A DNA stretch of 64,000 nt from Leptonemataceae bacterium (lineage in GTDB: Bacteria; Spirochaetota; Leptospiria; Leptospirales; Leptonemataceae), in contig OZ245742.1 of the NCBI GenBank assembly GCA_965227295.1, forward strand, positions 2,688,001-2,752,000. The letters are read 5' to 3'. Both the position numbers and the translations under genes were made by a program. Below the pieces are notes generated by a model. The model was given only the letters and a program-made list of their open reading frames with translations. It was not told where the DNA came from and ran no database searches. Of the stretch, positions 38,274 to 47,767 are shown one piece after another. Each line of letters opens with the position of its first letter. The first letter of the stretch is position 1.

Positions 38274-39235
38274 AGTTCGAGAGTTGTGGTTCGTTGCGTT
38301 AGTCGTGAGACACACAAGGTAAGTTGCGCAATGGTCAAGGGGTTGATTTGGCTACAGCTGAGCGGGAGTTGTGGAGTTTCGTATTGCAAACATCGTCCGC
38401 ATCGACCCGGACGTTGGTTTGTGACTCAGCTATCGTAACGTATCTTACGGCGAAGACGCCGTTCCGGTGCGCACCCCACATTTCCCCGGGACAACCTCCG
38501 TGGTCGCCTGGAACCAGCCGTACCCATAAAAGTCTTAATGTACATTGGCCGCTACTTACACCACAATTCGGGGCGTGTTCGAACGAATAAAACGTTTCCG
38601 GTAGTTCAAGAGCTGCGGTTCGTTGCGTTGGCCGTGAAAAACAGAAAGTAAGCCGGCAAATGCTGAAGGGCCTTTTTTGGCTACGGCTCTTCGGAGTTGT
38701 GGATTTTCGTTTTGTTAAGCACGCTGGAGTCGACCCGGGCGCTGGTTGTGCGGATCCGCTATCGTAAACTTGCGGTGAAGACGCCGTTCCGGTGCGCGCC
38801 CCACATTTCCCCGGCATAACCTCCGCACGTGAGCTGGAACCCGCCGTACCCATAAAAGTCTTAATGTACATTGGCCGCTACTTACACCACAATTCGGGGC
38901 GTGCTCGAACGAATAAAACGTTTCCGGTAGTTCAAGAGCTGCGATTCGTTGCGTTGGCCGTGAAAAACAGAAAGAAAGTTGCGCAACGGTTAAGGGCCTT
39001 TTTTGGCTACGGCTCTTCGGAGTTGTGGATTTTCGTTTTGTTAAGGATGCTGTGCTCGACCCGGACGCTGGTTGTGCGGATCCGCTATCGTAAACTTGCG
39101 GTGAAGACGCCGTTCCGGTGCGCGCCCCACATTTCCCCGGCATAACCTCCGCACGTGAGCTGGAACCAGCCGTACCCATAAAAGTCTTAATCCAAACTGG
39201 CCGCCACTTACACCACGATCCGGGGCGTGTGCGAA
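38274..39235 (+). repeat. Tandem array of ~3 diverged ~326-bp non-coding units (candidate structured RNA or mini mobile element)
   Basis: Units start at ~38274, 38603 and 38929. The landmark CGTACCCATAAAAGTCTTAAT recurs at 38519, 38845 and 39171 (period 326, not a multiple of 3). Confidence 0.95.
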
Positions 39236-39661
39236 TTACTTACGAAGATATCGAATGAGCCGCAGGGCCGGTGTCGGGGAAAACACGCCGCCGCCGATCA
39301 GAAGGTTCATGCTGTCCGCGGCCGGATCGCGCAGTTCGGGTTTCCAGACGTAGCCGCAGGAACCGGCGCGGAGACACTGGAGGATCGTCTCGGTGCGCGC
39401 CGATCGTGAGATGATCGCGGGGATCGGCGACAGGCGTCGCCGCCGCAGGCGACCGAGGAAGGCCGTCGCCGGCATGCGCGGCAGGAGGGCCTCAAGCCAG
39501 AGGATGTCGCAATCGCCGGGCTCGCTCAAGAAATGCTCGGCGGATTCGTACTCCAGGATGCCGGCCGTGCGCGGGTCCTGGTTCAGGCGCTCCCGTAGAC
39601 TGTAACGGAAGCAGCGATCCGGATCGATGATGGCGGCGATGTAGGTGCGGAATCCGGACAT
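39236..39661 (-). CDS. Degenerate NarL-type receiver-domain protein lacking the HTH (possibly truncated)
   Basis: ETILQCLRAGSCGYVWK and GGGVFSPTPALRLI..RK-stop. The phosphoacceptor position is Glu (WLE). Confidence 0.65.
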   Translation of the reverse strand: MSGFRTYIAAIIDPDRCFRYSLRERLNQDPRTAGILEYESAEHFLSEPGDCDILWLEALLPRMPATAFLGRLRRRRLSPIPAIISRSARTETILQCLRAGSCGYVWKPELRDPAADSMNLLIGGGVFSPTPALRLIRYLRK

Positions 39662-39910
39662 GCCCGAATCATTGGACGCGGCGTTTCCGTGCCGTCACGC
39701 CGTCCGCGCGGGAAATCCAGGGGCGGCTAAGATTCTTTTGCAAAAAGTTACTCATCATCATGAAAGTGAGGGGTGTCGGAAACAGTATTCGGTCGCGGGA
39801 ATGTGAGTGAAAAAATTTACCCGCGCGGTCCTTTTCCATTGCAATTTTCGTCCAATCCTCTAGTATCATCAAAGTCCCCGGAATCATCAAATTGGCAACC
39901 GGACCGGCCG

Positions 39911-41182
39911 ATGGCACACGATTCGATGCTGCTCACCGACGAAATCCCCGTCCTCCTGGAAGCCGAGGCTGAATCCGCCTCGGTCCTCGTGGTGGACGAC
40001 AGCAAGTTGAACCGCCACGTTCTGTCCGATTTGCTGCGGGACGACGGCCACCGGGTTACCGCCGTGAGCGACGCCCGGGAGGCCCTGGAGCTCGTGGCGA
40101 AGCGGGACTTCGATCTGGTCCTCCTGGACGTGGTCCTGCCGGACATTGACGGCCTGCACGTCCTGGCCCAAATGCGGCGGGACGCCCGGCTGCGGGAAAT
40201 CCCGGTTATTATGATCACCGGTCTGGCGGAACTGGAGAGCGCTGCACGCTGCATCCAGATGGGCGCGGAGGACTATATCTTCAAACCTTTCGATCCGGTG
40301 CTCCTGCGCGCGCGGATCGGGGCGTCCCTGGAGAAGCGGCGTCTGCGGACCCTGGAGCGGGCCTACCTGGCCCGGCTGGGCCAGGACAATCGTCGCAAGA
40401 CGGAAGAGATCGAGCAGGCCCGACTCATCCAGGATGCGTTGTTGCCCGGGACCGCGCCCGCGTGCGCTTTTCTGGAAATCGCCTCGCGCCAGCTGGCCGC
40501 TACCGAGGTCGGCGGGGACTACCACGATTTTCACTCCCACGGCGAAAATCATCTGGGCTGCGCCGTCGGCGACGCCACCGGTCACGGCGTCGGTGCCGGA
40601 ACCATGGTGGCCATCACGAAGGCGCTGCTCATCTCCGCGGTCCGGGCGGCGGAAGCCGGGAATGTGAACACCCACGAGATCGTCAACCCGCGCCGCAATC
40701 GGCTGCCGGGCGTCGTATCGCACTTAAACGAATCCATCTACAAGACCGGGCTGGGCGAGCAGTCCAACATGGCGCTCATGCTCTTCGACTTCTTCCGCGA
40801 TGAGCGCGGTGTCCGCGTCCACGCCTCGGGCGGGGCCATGCCGCCCGTCTATATTGTGCGCGCGTGCGGCGTTCTGGACAGCGTCGAAATCTGGGGCGCG
40901 CCGCTGGGCATTACGAAGAGCGCGAACCTGGAGTACGACGACATCGCTTTCTTCCTGAATCCCGGCGATGTAATGGTGCTCATGAGCGACGGCCTGCCCG
41001 AAATGGTGAATCCCCTGGACGTCATGCTCGATTACGATCGCCTGGAAGAACGCCTGGGTCACATCGATCCCGGTCAGAGCGCGGCCGCCATCCTCGAAGA
41101 TGTCTGGCAGATCGGCGCCGGTTGGGCCGAGGCCGTCCCCCCGCGCGACGATATGACCGTCGTCGTTCTCAAAGCCAGCTGA
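39911..41182 (+). CDS. Response regulator receiver + PP2C/SpoIIE phosphatase
   Basis: VLVVDD, LLDVVLP and KPF; VGGDYHD, DATGHG, SDGLPE and DDMT. Confidence 0.92.
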   Translation: MAHDSMLLTDEIPVLLEAEAESASVLVVDDSKLNRHVLSDLLRDDGHRVTAVSDAREALELVAKRDFDLVLLDVVLPDIDGLHVLAQMRRDARLREIPVIMITGLAELESAARCIQMGAEDYIFKPFDPVLLRARIGASLEKRRLRTLERAYLARLGQDNRRKTEEIEQARLIQDALLPGTAPACAFLEIASRQLAATEVGGDYHDFHSHGENHLGCAVGDATGHGVGAGTMVAITKALLISAVRAAEAGNVNTHEIVNPRRNRLPGVVSHLNESIYKTGLGEQSNMALMLFDFFRDERGVRVHASGGAMPPVYIVRACGVLDSVEIWGAPLGITKSANLEYDDIAFFLNPGDVMVLMSDGLPEMVNPLDVMLDYDRLEERLGHIDPGQSAAAILEDVWQIGAGWAEAVPPRDDMTVVVLKAS

Positions 41183-41305
41183 TCGCTACGCTTGCGCTTG
41201 CCGGACGACCGGTCGTTCAAGAGCGGGCAGGCGTCGGTATTCTTTTCTTGCTTCTCTGCTACCGCGACGTTGAATTCGGTCCTCGTCTTAACGACGGACC
41301 TCGCT

Positions 41306-42223
41306 ATGAACGCCGAAGCCTATCAGGAGATCGTCGACGTGGTGCGGCGGATGAATCGTGAGCATGCGAACGATCCGCTGCCCACCGTCCCGGATCTGGT
41401 GCCGCAACTGGATCAACGTTTTTATCGGGACAGTGTTGCACTAAATGCGGCGTTGAAGGCCCTGGTGGAGTCGAACATGTTGTTCGTCCTGCATCTCGTG
41501 GAGCCGGACGAACGTTTGAAGATCGAAGCGGTGAGCGCTTACGTGACGGCCGAGGCTTCCGTGGTGAACGAGCTGCGCGACTTCGCCGACGCGCGTCTGG
41601 AAGCCGCCTACGAACGCCAGTTCTATCGTCGCCGCGGCGCGGCGAGCATCATTAAAGAACTTTTTCCGGAGATTAAGAAATACAACAATTCCCCCCTGGG
41701 CCGCATCCTGAACGCCGCGGTGATGCTCGGCCAGTTCGCGAGTGTGCTGGACCGGGATCCGAACTCTTACTCGGAAGCCGAAAAACGCCGCCGTCTTAAA
41801 GAGTACTTCGCCGAAACTTACGAGGCCCCGGGCCCGGATGCCGCGGCCCCCGCGCCGCCCGTGGATGAGGACGGAGAACCGCGCCGCGCCGTGGACGCCG
41901 TCGCCGGTCTCGAAGCCGAGGAGATGGATCTTTCCGGGGCCTGGGGCGAGGCCGTGGAAAAGTTCGGCGTGGAGTTTCTATTGCGCATTCATTTCCGCAA
42001 GCACGAGTTCAACAAGATCAAGTTCCTGGTAAATACGCGCAAGATCGCCCGGGAGACGGATTTGATCTTCATTCGCGATACGGTGCGCACGTTGCAGACT
42101 CGCGCCATGGAAGGCCGCGACCCGCAGTTGCGCGGTTCCATTACGGCCATGCAGAATCTGTTAAGTTCCGTGCATGTGAAGTTACAGATCATTCAGCTGG
42201 AAAAAGAAGAGAAGGGGCTGTAA
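41306..42223 (+). CDS. Hypothetical protein
   Basis: 305-aa ORF with host codon usage; no recognised motif. Confidence 0.75.
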   Translation: MNAEAYQEIVDVVRRMNREHANDPLPTVPDLVPQLDQRFYRDSVALNAALKALVESNMLFVLHLVEPDERLKIEAVSAYVTAEASVVNELRDFADARLEAAYERQFYRRRGAASIIKELFPEIKKYNNSPLGRILNAAVMLGQFASVLDRDPNSYSEAEKRRRLKEYFAETYEAPGPDAAAPAPPVDEDGEPRRAVDAVAGLEAEEMDLSGAWGEAVEKFGVEFLLRIHFRKHEFNKIKFLVNTRKIARETDLIFIRDTVRTLQTRAMEGRDPQLRGSITAMQNLLSSVHVKLQIIQLEKEEKGL

Positions 42224-42290
42224 GGCGGAAGCCCCGAATCATGGGGTAGTGCTTCGGGTTCTTTCTTACGATCCGGTGCGATTAAGAACC

Positions 42291-43019
42291 TCAGATGTCC
42301 GTCCCGGAACCTTTTGCCAGGTGCGGGGTGCCGTTGAAGTTCACGACTTCGAGCGCGTCCAGGTCTTCGGAGTACTGGAAGACAGTCACCGACGTGTTCT
42401 GAATAAAACGCATGAGCCGCAGCGAGCGGGGGAGATCCAGACCGAACGCTTCGCCCACCATCAGCGCGATGGGCGTGCCGGAGCTGATGGCGATGTGTTG
42501 TTCGCCGTCGGCGGCGGACTGCAAACGTTCGCTTAGCTGCGCGAAGGCACCGCGGACGTCGGCGTGAAACTGCGCGAACGACGGAATGTCCGTGCGTTCG
42601 TACTTGCCGGCGACCCAGGTTTCGAGGATGCGCCGCAGTACGGAGATGTAGGCCTCTTTCGAGACGCCGCGCTTCTCGCTGTCGCGCAGGGACGACAGCC
42701 ATTCGCGGAATTGATCGCGGAAGTTGTCGTCGTCGTGGCGCAGTTCTTCGGCGATGCCGAACCAGATCTCCGGTGTGATCTCGTCGAGGCCGGGCAGTTC
42801 GTCCGCGGACGGGGCCGCCTCGCCGTAACGTTCGGCGAAGAGTTCGTAGGTTTCACGCTGACGGCCCAGGCTGCCGTGGGCCGCGCGATCCAGGCGCAGG
42901 TCTTCAGCGGCGAAGTGATCGCCCAGGGCCCGGGCCTGGATCTCACCGGCCGGGGTGAGTTTGTTGTAATTCTGTCCGCCGGCCTGGCCGTGACGTACGA
43001 GATAAAGTCTGCGTGCCAT
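42291..43019 (-). CDS. Histidine phosphatase family protein
   Basis: LVRHGQA, L.RQRET, SSGTPI and FNGTPHL. Confidence 0.9.
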   Translation of the reverse strand: MARRLYLVRHGQAGGQNYNKLTPAGEIQARALGDHFAAEDLRLDRAAHGSLGRQRETYELFAERYGEAAPSADELPGLDEITPEIWFGIAEELRHDDDNFRDQFREWLSSLRDSEKRGVSKEAYISVLRRILETWVAGKYERTDIPSFAQFHADVRGAFAQLSERLQSAADGEQHIAISSGTPIALMVGEAFGLDLPRSLRLMRFIQNTSVTVFQYSEDLDALEVVNFNGTPHLAKGSGTDI

Positions 43020-43047
43020 AAGTAAATCTTACTGAAAGTTAGCGGGC

Positions 43048-43443
43048 TTACTCCAGGGAGAAGCGCGGGTTCGAGACGGCCAGCGTCTTTTGCAGCGTGT
43101 CCTTCGCGTGTTTCCAGATTTCCGCGTTTTCGGGACCGATCTTTTCGTTCGCGATCTTCTGCGCGAGCTTCGCGTTCAGTTCGCGCGTCGCCGCCATCTT
43201 TTCCATGTAAGATCCCGCCGCCGGCACGCCTTCGCCGAGCAACTTCGCCAGGTTCGCCAGCTCTTCGTTGAGCAGGCCCTCGCCCTGGCGCAACTCCCGG
43301 GCGACGACGCCGAGCATGTTCCAGCTCACCAGCGTTTTGTAGGCCAGGGCGTCGTCGTGTTTTTGTGCGAGCGGCAGGATCTCTTTGATCAACATCTCCG
43401 CGATGGCGTCCATCAGGTCCGCCGCTTCCGGTCTATTTTGCAT
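43048..43443 (-). CDS. DUF6285-like small protein (LvaB-like)
   Basis: MQNRP...L......N.L..VAREL...L.VSNP pattern; overlaps the kinase gene. Confidence 0.75.
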   Translation of the reverse strand: MQNRPEAADLMDAIAEMLIKEILPLAQKHDDALAYKTLVSWNMLGVVARELRQGEGLLNEELANLAKLLGEGVPAAGSYMEKMAATRELNAKLAQKIANEKIGPENAEIWKHAKDTLQKTLAVSNPRFSLE

Positions 43444-44497
43444 CTTCGATCAACCTCATCGCTTCGTACTCCATTTCACAGCAGCGCCGGCCGATGGCGG
43501 CGAGCTCAATGCCCCGGTCCGCCCCGGAGAGATGGCGTTCCGCCTGCTGGATCGATCCCACCGCCCAGCGCACGTTGCCCATAATTTCCCAGAAACGTAC
43601 CTTAGAGGGATCGATGCCGACGTCATTGCCGCGTTCCTTCGCGGCTTTTTCGTAGGCCTCGTAAAACTCCGGCCGGTCCGCGAAGCCGCCGACGTGTTTC
43701 GCGGTTTTGCCGAAACGCCAGTCGCGCATGCAGATCCAGGCAATGTCCTCGTGGCGATCGCCCCAGTGCGCGAACTCCCAATCGATGATGCCCTGCAAAC
43801 CGTCCGGCGTTACCATGAAGTTGCCCGTGCGAAAATCGCCGTGCACGAAGACCGGCGCATCGAGCACCGGGGCGTTGGCCTCGCACCAGTTCAGCGCCAG
43901 TTCGATGGCCGGATGAGCCTCGGGCAATTCCGCTAACAAATTGCGAACGTCAGTTACGGCGTTGACGGCGAACTCTTTGGATCCGGCGGGCGTATTCGCG
44001 CCGTCGCCGAGCACACCTTTCAGTTCGTCGTCCGCTTTCGCCGGCACGATGTCGTGGAGCGCCGCCAGGTTTTTCGCGAGATCCTGCGCCAGGGTTTTCC
44101 GCACGTCGTTCAAGCTGCGGTCTTTGACGATGTAACGCCCGCGCGCGTTCCCGTCGATGCGTTCCATGAAGTAAAACGGCCGGCCGATGGCCGCGGCGTC
44201 GGCTTCGAGCCAGTAGGGTTTCGGAGTCCGTACGCCGTTCGCGTAGGCCGCCGCCGCGACGATGTACTCTTCGCGCCGGCCCAGGCTGGCGAGCAACGAC
44301 GCGCCGGCGTCCGTGCGCAGGACGAGTTCGTAGTTCCCCGCTTCGCTGCCGCCGTCCACCGCCAGGTCGACGAGATAGTTGTCCTGGCAGGCTCCGCCGG
44401 AGAGCGACTTCATGTGCGTGATCTCAGCTTTGCCGCCCAGGCGTTTGCTTAAGTACTCCTCAACGTTTGTTTTGAGTTTCGCGCTTTCCGCATCCAT
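43433..44497 (-). CDS. Aminoglycoside-phosphotransferase-fold kinase (LvaA/ACAD10-kinase-like)
   Basis: LSGGA, VHGDFRTGN, IDWEFAHWGD and WRFG. Confidence 0.9.
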   Translation of the reverse strand: MDAESAKLKTNVEEYLSKRLGGKAEITHMKSLSGGACQDNYLVDLAVDGGSEAGNYELVLRTDAGASLLASLGRREEYIVAAAAYANGVRTPKPYWLEADAAAIGRPFYFMERIDGNARGRYIVKDRSLNDVRKTLAQDLAKNLAALHDIVPAKADDELKGVLGDGANTPAGSKEFAVNAVTDVRNLLAELPEAHPAIELALNWCEANAPVLDAPVFVHGDFRTGNFMVTPDGLQGIIDWEFAHWGDRHEDIAWICMRDWRFGKTAKHVGGFADRPEFYEAYEKAAKERGNDVGIDPSKVRFWEIMGNVRWAVGSIQQAERHLSGADRGIELAAIGRRCCEMEYEAMRLIEDAK

Positions 44498-44498
44498 C

Positions 44499-45674
44499 CT
44501 AAAAGTCCTCTTTGCCGCTTAAAAGATTGCGGCCGATGACCATCTTATGAACTTCCGACGGTCCGTCGGCCAGGCGCGCGGCCCGGGCGTCCCGGTAAAA
44601 CAAAGCGAGGGGCATGTCCTGGCTGTAGCCCGTGCCGCCGCAGATTTGAATGGCGTCGTCGATGGTCTTGCACAACGTCTCGCTCACGTGCCACTTCGCC
44701 ATGGATACGACGTGACGGGCGTCCATCTCGTTCTGGATCATCCACGCGCTTTTTAACGTGAGCATCCAGCCCATCTCGATGTCCCGGGCGCGCTCGGCCA
44801 TCATCCACTGAATGCCCTGGTGATCCATGATCTTCTGCCCGAAAACCTCGCGTTCTTTCGCGTACTCCCGCGCGATTTCCAGTGAGCGCCGGGCCAGGCC
44901 TAACCAGCGCATACAATGAGTTAAGCGCGCCGGTCCGAGACGCACCTGGGATAAGCGAAAGCCCTGGGCCGGTCCGCCGAGGATCATGTCCTCGGGCACG
45001 ACGACGTTTTCGAATTTTAACTCGCAGTGACCGCCGGGGCCGTGGGAACCCATGGTCTCGACCTCGCGGACCATGGTATAACCCGGCGAGTCGGTGGGCA
45101 CGAGAAAGAGCGTCGACTTACGAAAGCTGCCGCCGACGCGCGCGAAGACGATGAGAAAGTCCGCGCCGTTCGCGCCGGTGCAGTACCACTTGTGGCCGTT
45201 TAAGATGTAGCGGTCGCCGTCTTTCACGGCGTTGGTTTGTAAGAGCGAGGGGTCCGAGCCGGCTCCCGGCGGCGGTTCGGTCATGGCGAAGCCGGAGCGA
45301 ATCTCGCCGGCGATGAGCGGTTCGAGAAAACGTTTGCGTTGTTTCTCGTTGGCCGCGTGGTTCAGCACGTGCATGTTGCCTTCGTCCGGCGCGTCGCAGT
45401 TGCACGAAAACGCGCCGACGGCGGAGCGCCCCAGTTCACTGAAGATGATCGACGTGCCTACGAGGTCCAGGCCGAAACCGCCCAGGTCTTTCGGCAGATG
45501 CGGCGTCCACAGGCCGCGGGCTTTCGCTTTCTTACGCAGTTCATCGGTGACGTCTTTCGGAAAACGCCCGTCGGCATAGTCGAAGTGTTTCTCCGCCGGA
45601 ATGCATTCCGAGTTGATGAAGTCGCGGACTTTCAGTCGCAGTTCCTGTACTTCCGGTGCTATCGCAAAATCCAT
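44499..45674 (-). CDS. Acyl-CoA dehydrogenase (LvaC/ACAD11-like)
   Basis: [28 protein letters not shown] and [10 protein letters not shown]. Confidence 0.92.
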   Translation of the reverse strand: MDFAIAPEVQELRLKVRDFINSECIPAEKHFDYADGRFPKDVTDELRKKAKARGLWTPHLPKDLGGFGLDLVGTSIIFSELGRSAVGAFSCNCDAPDEGNMHVLNHAANEKQRKRFLEPLIAGEIRSGFAMTEPPPGAGSDPSLLQTNAVKDGDRYILNGHKWYCTGANGADFLIVFARVGGSFRKSTLFLVPTDSPGYTMVREVETMGSHGPGGHCELKFENVVVPEDMILGGPAQGFRLSQVRLGPARLTHCMRWLGLARRSLEIAREYAKEREVFGQKIMDHQGIQWMMAERARDIEMGWMLTLKSAWMIQNEMDARHVVSMAKWHVSETLCKTIDDAIQICGGTGYSQDMPLALFYRDARAARLADGPSEVHKMVIGRNLLSGKEDF

Positions 45675-45707
45675 GTGTGTTTCCTCTAAAATAAAATCGC
45701 AGTGTGC

Positions 45708-46583
45708 TTAAATCAAACCTTGCTCTTTTAGTACCTGGTCCTGGATCTCAAACCCTTCGCCGATCTCAGGCAGCTCGTACTCTTCCCACATCCAATCGCC
45801 GATGACACTGATCACCGGGGCTTTCGATTCACCGGTGATAATTTTTTTTGCGGCCGCTTTTAAGTCGTCGCGGTTCGTGGGGCGATGCGGTGTGTCGAAA
45901 CGATCACCGAAGGCCGCGTCCTCCTGCGAGAAGGCGTACTCGAAAAAGAAGTCCGAGAACTTGCCGCCCTTGTCTTTGTAGCGCGCGCCCAGGTCCTTCA
46001 ACTCCTGATGCGGGGTCTTTCTTAAGGCGCGTTGTAACAGCAGGCCGATGCCGCGCGTCGCCGGGGAACGGAACGTGCCGCCGCGAATGGCCCGGAACTG
46101 CCCCGGTTTCCGGAACACGGTGTAATCCAGCGCGAGCTTGGCGTAGGCCATGGCCCCGTAGCCGACGCGGGTATGCGGCAGCCAGAAGAACGCGGAGTAG
46201 CCGACCGTCACCTGCGGTTTAAGGAGTTCCGCCGTGCGCATCATGGGCGTGTACGAAAATGCGAGGGCCTCCCGCACGTCTTCGATGGGCGCGGCGGGGA
46301 TGGGATAACCGATGGGACCGAAGGCGGGCGTAAAAAACAAAGCGGTGACGGCCCCGGGCGCTAATGTACCTCCGGCGTAACTCAGCATTCCGTCCCGAAT
46401 CTTTTCGGGAGCCTGCGCATCGTTCAGGTCGATGCCGGGAATGGTGTGATCGTAGCCGTCGATGTTTTTATCGCCGGACGTGGTGCCGATGACGCTCGCG
46501 CCGCCGGCTTCGCGCGCGGCCTCAAGGGCGCTGCGACCGGCCTCGCTGCTGCCGCCGACGATCAGGATGTACTTCGAACTCAA
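45708..46583 (-). CDS. Hypothetical protein with Rossmann-like N-terminus (divergent SDR/enoyl-reductase-like)
   Basis: ILIVGGSSEAG and YGAMAYAK (Y-x6-K); coupled to the TetR stop. Confidence 0.65.
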   Translation of the reverse strand: MSSKYILIVGGSSEAGRSALEAAREAGGASVIGTTSGDKNIDGYDHTIPGIDLNDAQAPEKIRDGMLSYAGGTLAPGAVTALFFTPAFGPIGYPIPAAPIEDVREALAFSYTPMMRTAELLKPQVTVGYSAFFWLPHTRVGYGAMAYAKLALDYTVFRKPGQFRAIRGGTFRSPATRGIGLLLQRALRKTPHQELKDLGARYKDKGGKFSDFFFEYAFSQEDAAFGDRFDTPHRPTNRDDLKAAAKKIITGESKAPVISVIGDWMWEEYELPEIGEGFEIQDQVLKEQGLI

Positions 46584-47254
46584 GTCAGGGCCTCCGTAAT
46601 CAACTTTAAGTGCAAACGATAGTGACGATGTAGATCGCGCGGGCGCAGTTCCCCGCCGGTGTGCCGGGCGAGGGGCGTGCCGTAAAAGATGGTGAGCAGT
46701 AGCTGCACGACTTCCCGTTCGCTACAGCGCGCGCCGATTTCACCGGAACGTCGCGCTTCGCTTACGTGGTTCGTGAGCAGGTCTTTCAAATGCGGAACTT
46801 CCAGGTCAAAGACGGCCGGATCGTCGGGGTACAGGACCGCGCGTTCCGCCGTTTCGATTTCCACGGGCGGCGGCGGTACGGTGAGCGCGGCGATCCAGCC
46901 GATGAGATCGAGAAACACCGCGGACGCTTCCCGGGCCTCGGCGGCGCGGCGAAACAAACGATCGAGGGCGCGCAGGCCGGCGAGGGGCTGGTGATGCTGC
47001 TCCACCGCGCGATGAAAACACCACAGGCGCATGAAGTAATTGAGCAGGTCGTCTTTGCGCGGAAAATAGTTGAAGAAGGTCATGCGCGAGACCTCGGCCC
47101 GTTCACAGATCGCTTCGACAGGAAGTTCGGCGAGTGAAGACGAATGGCCCCGGCCGATTTCACGCATGGCCGCATCGAGCAGGGCAAGCTTCAAACGAGC
47201 GCGCTTGCGTTCCCGCAGGCCGATGGCCGGAGCCGGTGTCGCTTCCACATTCAC
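46580..47254 (-). CDS. TetR/AcrR family transcriptional regulator
   Basis: GLRERKR and ICERAEVSRMTFFNYFPRKDDL. Confidence 0.92.
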   Translation of the reverse strand: MNVEATPAPAIGLRERKRARLKLALLDAAMREIGRGHSSSLAELPVEAICERAEVSRMTFFNYFPRKDDLLNYFMRLWCFHRAVEQHHQPLAGLRALDRLFRRAAEAREASAVFLDLIGWIAALTVPPPPVEIETAERAVLYPDDPAVFDLEVPHLKDLLTNHVSEARRSGEIGARCSEREVVQLLLTIFYGTPLARHTGGELRPRDLHRHYRLHLKLITEALT

Positions 47255-47297
47255 GCGGCCAATCGATCACGGAAAAACTTGTCCTGCAATAAAAAAA

Positions 47298-47311
47298 TAT
47301 ACCCGAGTATA
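47298..47311. promoter_or_regulatory. Putative TetR operator
   Basis: Near-palindrome TATAC-CCGA-GTATA in the AT-rich region ~45 nt upstream of tetR. Confidence 0.5.
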
Positions 47312-47401
47312 AAATTATTTCATCGGGTGAGTGCGCGAGCAGGCGTGTGCCGGGTTGCGAAATCTGCTTGCCTGATATAAGAATGCGAAGCAATCTGCGG
47401 C

Positions 47402-47761
47402 ATGGGCGAGACGCAGGAAGAAGCGACAAAGCGGGATTTTCGGAAGGGTAACATCAACTTCGACTTTCTGCAACCGGAGCAAAAGGTCTTCGATCGCCGG
47501 CTGGAACGTCGCGGGCCGGATCGCCGTCGGGGCAAACGCGAGGGCAAGCGCGGCCTCTTCGATCGCGGTCGCCCGCCGCAGCCGGTGGGCCTGGTGCAAA
47601 TCGTCCTCTGGATGTGCCTGTTGATTGTATCGACGGCGGGCGCGGTGTGGATCGTGTTTCTCGGCGAGTCGCTGGTTATGTTGTTGCTGTTGCCCTTTGC
47701 CCTGGCAATGGCGTGCTGGTCGTTGTTGATGGTGGTGTTGTTTCAGGCACGGCCCAGGTGA
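47402..47761 (+). CDS. Hypothetical membrane protein
   Basis: ERR..DRR repeats followed by two TM helices. Confidence 0.7.
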   Translation: MGETQEEATKRDFRKGNINFDFLQPEQKVFDRRLERRGPDRRRGKREGKRGLFDRGRPPQPVGLVQIVLWMCLLIVSTAGAVWIVFLGESLVMLLLLPFALAMACWSLLMVVLFQARPR

Positions 47762-47767
47762 CGGCCG

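Noticed and set aside
38770..38795. Group II intron domain V resemblance (TGCGGTGAAGACGCCGTTCCGGTGC)
   Set aside because: The 5' GAGCCG/AGC catalytic strand is missing, and there is no domain VI or RT ORF.
38335..39179. ORFs inside the array (38335-38871, 38715-39179, 38792-39145) as a repeat protein
   Set aside because: The period is not a multiple of 3, frames shift between copies, and composition and codon usage are not protein-like.
38274..39235. CRISPR array or integron attC cassette array
   Set aside because: Units are similar along their whole 326 bp with no unique spacers or ORFs. No matched RYYYAAC/GTTRRRY ends, and no cas or intI gene in the window.
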